In this document: one piece after another, positions 60,560 through 64,000 of the stretch
Layout of the letters: each line of letters starts with the position of its first letter
How positions within the stretch are numbered: the first letter of the stretch is position 1
Assembly (NCBI GenBank): GCA_965263295.1
Contig: OZ253665.1
Location: 352,001 to 416,000 of the forward strand
Direction of reading: 5' to 3'
Origin: Spirochaetia bacterium
Lineage (GTDB): Bacteria; Spirochaetota; Spirochaetia; SP-2023
Length of the DNA stretch: 64,000 nucleotides
The notes under the pieces: model-generated
Seen by the model: the letters and a program-made list of their open reading frames with translations, nothing else
Told to the model about the DNA's origin: nothing
Databases searched by the model: none
Translations under genes and position numbers: made by a program

Positions 60560-61987
60560 ATGAATATAATTGAAAAAAGACAGGGCGAGGGGGCCGAACA
60601 GGTTTTACAGGCTGACTTAAGCCATTTGCCACAGCCGAAATACAGAAATTCTGAGTCACCGTTTTGCTATCGCTATGAACCGGTTCCAGAGCTCAGAGGG
60701 CTGCCGGGTTCCCGTGCCCGCCTGGGACAATTAAGCTGCCCACACGGCAATATTTCGACCCCCAATTTTATTTTTTGTGCGACAAAAGCGAATGTTAAGG
60801 CTATGAGTCAAGCCGCCCTGCGCGCAGCGCAAAGCGATATCGTTTTGTGTAATACGTATCACCTGATGCTCAGTCCCGGCGCGGAGCTGATTGCCCGGCA
60901 GGGCGGTGTGCATCAGTTCATGCGCTGGGATGGGCCGTTGCTCAGTGATTCGGGAGGTTACCAGGTTTTTGCCATGGGCCATGGCTCGGTTAGTGAAGAG
61001 ATCAAGGGGCGGCGCAAGTTTGGCTACCGTTCCAACGGTGGGCGCAAGTTACTAAACATCAGCGAAAAGGGAGTCAATTTCCGTTCTTACGTAGATGGCG
61101 CCAAGGTTTTCCTGTCGCCGGAGCGTTCAATTGCCATTCAGCGCCAACTAGGTGTGGACTTTATGGTGCAGTTTGACGAATGCACGCCCTATCATGCCAG
61201 TCGTGATTACACAGAGGCATCCATGGAGCTGTCTTTGCGTTGGGGTGCACGTTCGCTGGCGGAGTTTATTGCGGGCGATGATGGCAAGCAGGCGATTTAC
61301 GGCGTGGTTCAAGGCGGCATTTATGCTGATCTACGCCGCCGCAGCGCCGCAGGCGTGAGGGGATTGCCGTTCTTTGGCACGGCGATTGGCGGCTGTTTGG
61401 GTAAAACGCGCGAACAGATGTGGCAGGTGACGTCGGATACCGCCCCCCTTTTGCCGCGCGAGCGTCCCATCCACCTCTTGGGCATTGGCCACATCGCTGA
61501 TATTTTTTGGGGTGTCCTGCAGGGGATTGACACTTTTGATTGCGTGCACCCAACTCGCCTGGCTCGACACGGTTGTGCCATTTTGCCTTTTGCCAGCGTG
61601 CAAGCTGCCAATCGACAGGCTAGTCCCGGCTTGCAGTCTGCGCAGATCCATTTAAGGCAGAGTCGCTACCGCGAAGATTCGCGCCCGTTGTTTGGCGCGA
61701 CGGAACTCTTCCAGCCTAGCGCGAAGGAACTGCCGGATGAGTTGAGTTACAGTAAGGCTTATGTGCAGCACCTCCTGCGGACGGGTGAAATGCTGGGAGC
61801 CCAGATCCTGACGATTAATAATGTTTTTCAGATGAATGCCCTGATGCGAGACATTCGCCTGGCTCTGCGCGAGAATTGTTTGGGTGAGATTTTACGTTAC
61901 TGGCTGGGCTTGAGCCTAGAAGAGTTTTGCAAGGAGAGTTTTACAGGAAGAGTTTTGCAGGTGAAAGGACAGGGGGACTTGAACTAA
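60560..61987 (+). CDS. tgt: tRNA-guanine transglycosylase, atypical
   Basis: NTYHL, SDSGGYQVF, FDEC, VVQGG, PIHLLGIG, GIDTFDCVHPTRLARHG. Confidence 0.92.
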   Translation: MNIIEKRQGEGAEQVLQADLSHLPQPKYRNSESPFCYRYEPVPELRGLPGSRARLGQLSCPHGNISTPNFIFCATKANVKAMSQAALRAAQSDIVLCNTYHLMLSPGAELIARQGGVHQFMRWDGPLLSDSGGYQVFAMGHGSVSEEIKGRRKFGYRSNGGRKLLNISEKGVNFRSYVDGAKVFLSPERSIAIQRQLGVDFMVQFDECTPYHASRDYTEASMELSLRWGARSLAEFIAGDDGKQAIYGVVQGGIYADLRRRSAAGVRGLPFFGTAIGGCLGKTREQMWQVTSDTAPLLPRERPIHLLGIGHIADIFWGVLQGIDTFDCVHPTRLARHGCAILPFASVQAANRQASPGLQSAQIHLRQSRYREDSRPLFGATELFQPSAKELPDELSYSKAYVQHLLRTGEMLGAQILTINNVFQMNALMRDIRLALRENCLGEILRYWLGLSLEEFCKESFTGRVLQVKGQGDLN

Positions 61988-62220
61988 GATGAAACTTTTT
62001 TGGTATCTACAGTCTATTTTGCGGTATTCTATTTATTTTATTGTTGAATAAATATTAGAATTGTTTTGGGGCAACGCCCCGCTTCTTCTTGCGAGGATAT
62101 CTGGGGCTACAAAGCTTGAGGGCAAAACGTTATACTGCTTCTACTGTGGTGGCCTTGTGCCGATACGAAAACCTACAGGATTTCGGTGCCGTTTTTGCCG
62201 GTTTTTCGCAGGTGGGGTAT

Positions 62221-63606
62221 ATGCCTGAACAACAAAAACAACAAATTTGGGGCGGGCGCTTTGCCGCTATGCCGAGCCAAATTATGCAGCAAATCAATGA
62301 GTCCATCAGTGTTGATGTGCGCCTTTACCGCGAAGACATTGAGGCTTCACTCGCGCATGTGGCGATGCTGGCCCGGCAGCGTATTATCGAGCGCGGCGAG
62401 GCAGAACAAATTGCCAGTGCCTTGCGGCAAATACGAGAAGAAATTGCTGCCGGCAAAATGCCATTTCGCAGCGAACTCGAAGATATACACATGCACGTCG
62501 AAGCCCGCTTGGCCGAACTGATCGGTCCGGTGGCGGGTAAATTGCACACTGCACGTTCGCGCAACGACCAGGTTGCCACGGACTTTCGGCTCTGGATACG
62601 CCGCCATTGTGACGTATTGCAAGAGGAAATTGCTCAATTGCAAAAGGCCCTGGAGCAACAGAAAAAAGAGAATCGGGATACCATCATGCCCGGCTTTACT
62701 CATTTGCAGGTCGCGATGCCGGTGACCTTTGCTCGCCATCTGGACGTTTATTGCCAAATGCTCAGGCGGGATGCCGGGCGCCTGGCGGATTGCTGCGAGC
62801 GCCTGAATGAATGCCCATTGGGGGCGGGTGCCCTCGCCGGCAGCGGTTACAATTTGGACCGCCAGTTTACGTCGGCACAACTAGGTTTTGCCCGACCTAT
62901 GGCCAATACCATGGATGCCGTCTCGGACCGCGACTTTGCCCTTGAATATTTAAGTGCATTGAGCATTTTGGCGACCCATCTTTCCCGCCTGGGAGAGGAG
63001 CTGGTGTTCTGGTCGTCCTATCAGTTCCAGTTCGTCAAGCTTGCCGACGATTTTACCACGGGTTCTTCCATGATGCCACAGAAGCGCAACCCTGATGCCG
63101 CCGAACTCTTGCGCGGCAAGGCGGGGCATGTTATTGCCCAGATGATTCAATTGTTGATCGTGCTCAAGGGTTTGCCGCTGAGCTATTCCAAGGACATGCA
63201 GGATGACAAGAAACCTGTATTTGAGGCTAGCGACACCGTGGTGTTGTGCCTGCGCGCCGCCACGGGCATGATTCGCGGCATGCAAGCCAACAGAGAAGCC
63301 ATGTTTGCCGCGGTCCAGCAAGGTTACGCCAACGCCACGTACCTGGCTGACTATCTGGTTTTGCAGTTGGGGTTGGCCTTTCGCCAGGCTCATCACATTG
63401 TCGGCCGCCTGGTCGCTCGGGCTGAGGAGCTTGGGCAAAAGCTTGAGGAATTGTCTCTTGCCGAAATGCAAGCTGTGGAGCCCAGAGTTGAAGCAGGTGT
63501 ATACGAATTTCTGCGCTACGATGCCGGGCGGGCATCTGGCGGGGAGCCGAATAAGGAAGCCGGAGCGGGAACTATAATGACGCAGCGAATTGATACAGAG
63601 GGATAG
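62221..63606 (+). CDS. argH: Argininosuccinate lyase
   Basis: WGGRF, EDIHM, KLHTARSRNDQVATD, MPGFTHLQ, PLGAGALAG, DAVSDRDF, TGSSMMPQKRNPD, FRQAH. Confidence 0.96.
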   Translation: MPEQQKQQIWGGRFAAMPSQIMQQINESISVDVRLYREDIEASLAHVAMLARQRIIERGEAEQIASALRQIREEIAAGKMPFRSELEDIHMHVEARLAELIGPVAGKLHTARSRNDQVATDFRLWIRRHCDVLQEEIAQLQKALEQQKKENRDTIMPGFTHLQVAMPVTFARHLDVYCQMLRRDAGRLADCCERLNECPLGAGALAGSGYNLDRQFTSAQLGFARPMANTMDAVSDRDFALEYLSALSILATHLSRLGEELVFWSSYQFQFVKLADDFTTGSSMMPQKRNPDAAELLRGKAGHVIAQMIQLLIVLKGLPLSYSKDMQDDKKPVFEASDTVVLCLRAATGMIRGMQANREAMFAAVQQGYANATYLADYLVLQLGLAFRQAHHIVGRLVARAEELGQKLEELSLAEMQAVEPRVEAGVYEFLRYDAGRASGGEPNKEAGAGTIMTQRIDTEG

Positions 63607-63624
63607 CATAGAAAGGAGAAACCC

Positions 63625-64000
63625 TTGCTAGTTAAAGATTTGCGTCAGAATGTGGCCCAACTTAAGGGCTTGGGAGCCAAGGCCTGCGAGCACCTGGCGC
63701 GTTTACAGATTCATCACATCGCCGAACTCTTGCAACACTATCCGGTCCGTTATCTTGATCATTTGCAGCCTGTTTCGTTGCAGAATGCCTTGCGGCAGTT
63801 GCAAGGCCTATATTCTGCAGGCGAATCCTACTTCTACCTTGCCGTTCGGGTCGTCGAACATGCTTATATTCCCTGGCGCGGGGGCTATGCCGCTCAAAGA
63901 CGCCAGAGTGCCCCGAATGCCGGCCAGGCTTTGAAGGTTATCGTGGAAGATGGCAGTGGCTTGCGCGCGAGTCTGCTTTGTTTTGGCCGTAACTTTTTGG
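63625..64000 (+). CDS. recG: ATP-dependent DNA helicase RecG, N-terminal part (runs off the window)
   Basis: TTG start after AAAGGAG. Manual translation MLVKDLRQNVAQLKGLGAKACEHLARLQIHHIAELLQHYPVRYLD...LKVIVEDGSG...LLCFGRNFL matches the RecG wedge-domain start. Confidence 0.8.
   Translation, partial: MLVKDLRQNVAQLKGLGAKACEHLARLQIHHIAELLQHYPVRYLDHLQPVSLQNALRQLQGLYSAGESYFYLAVRVVEHAYIPWRGGYAAQRRQSAPNAGQALKVIVEDGSGLRASLLCFGRNFL

Noticed and set aside
61989..62051. 20-codon ORF (MKLFWYLQ...) upstream of argH as a leader peptide
   Set aside because: Only one Arg codon and no attenuator hairpins visible.

Overview
A 64-kb window of core chromosome from a spirochaete-like bacterium (Spirochaetales-type rpoB/rpoC, hisS, BMP lipoprotein and FabV; lineage inferred from sequence style, not from a search). 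In order it holds: a 5'-truncated pyruvate:ferredoxin oxidoreductase, tRNA-Leu, a BMP lipoprotein, the tRNA-Thr/rpmG/tRNA-Trp/secE/nusG/rplKAJL/rpoBC cluster, a MATE exporter and a repeat-containing SPOR protein. A long minus-strand run follows (hisS, ridA, a DndA-like cysteine desulfurase, argF, rlmE, TetR, fabV-fabZ-fabF-fabG-fabH-fabH). After that come a ZnuABC-type transporter with a His-rich tandem repeat, an omptin-like outer-membrane protein, gpmI, trpDC, a TetR/nitroreductase pair, a frameshifted thioredoxin-like gene, speD-speE, two htrA paralogues, fbaA, comM/yifB, ribE-ribD, ptsI, an atypical tgt, argH and the start of recG. The clearest anomaly is a ~1.9-kb foreign block (~47800-49680) between htrA1 and a phosphoribosyltransferase gene. 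It contains an unexplained non-coding stretch, an Enterobacteriaceae-type Fur-controlled fes promoter, an intact enterobactin esterase (fes), and the first 12 codons of ybdZ/mbtH cut off at the junction. It has no mobility genes, so recent transfer, assembly chimera and artificial splice cannot be told apart from sequence alone. No CRISPR array, integrase, transposase or reverse transcriptase was seen, and I cannot support a complete novel multi-gene system here.
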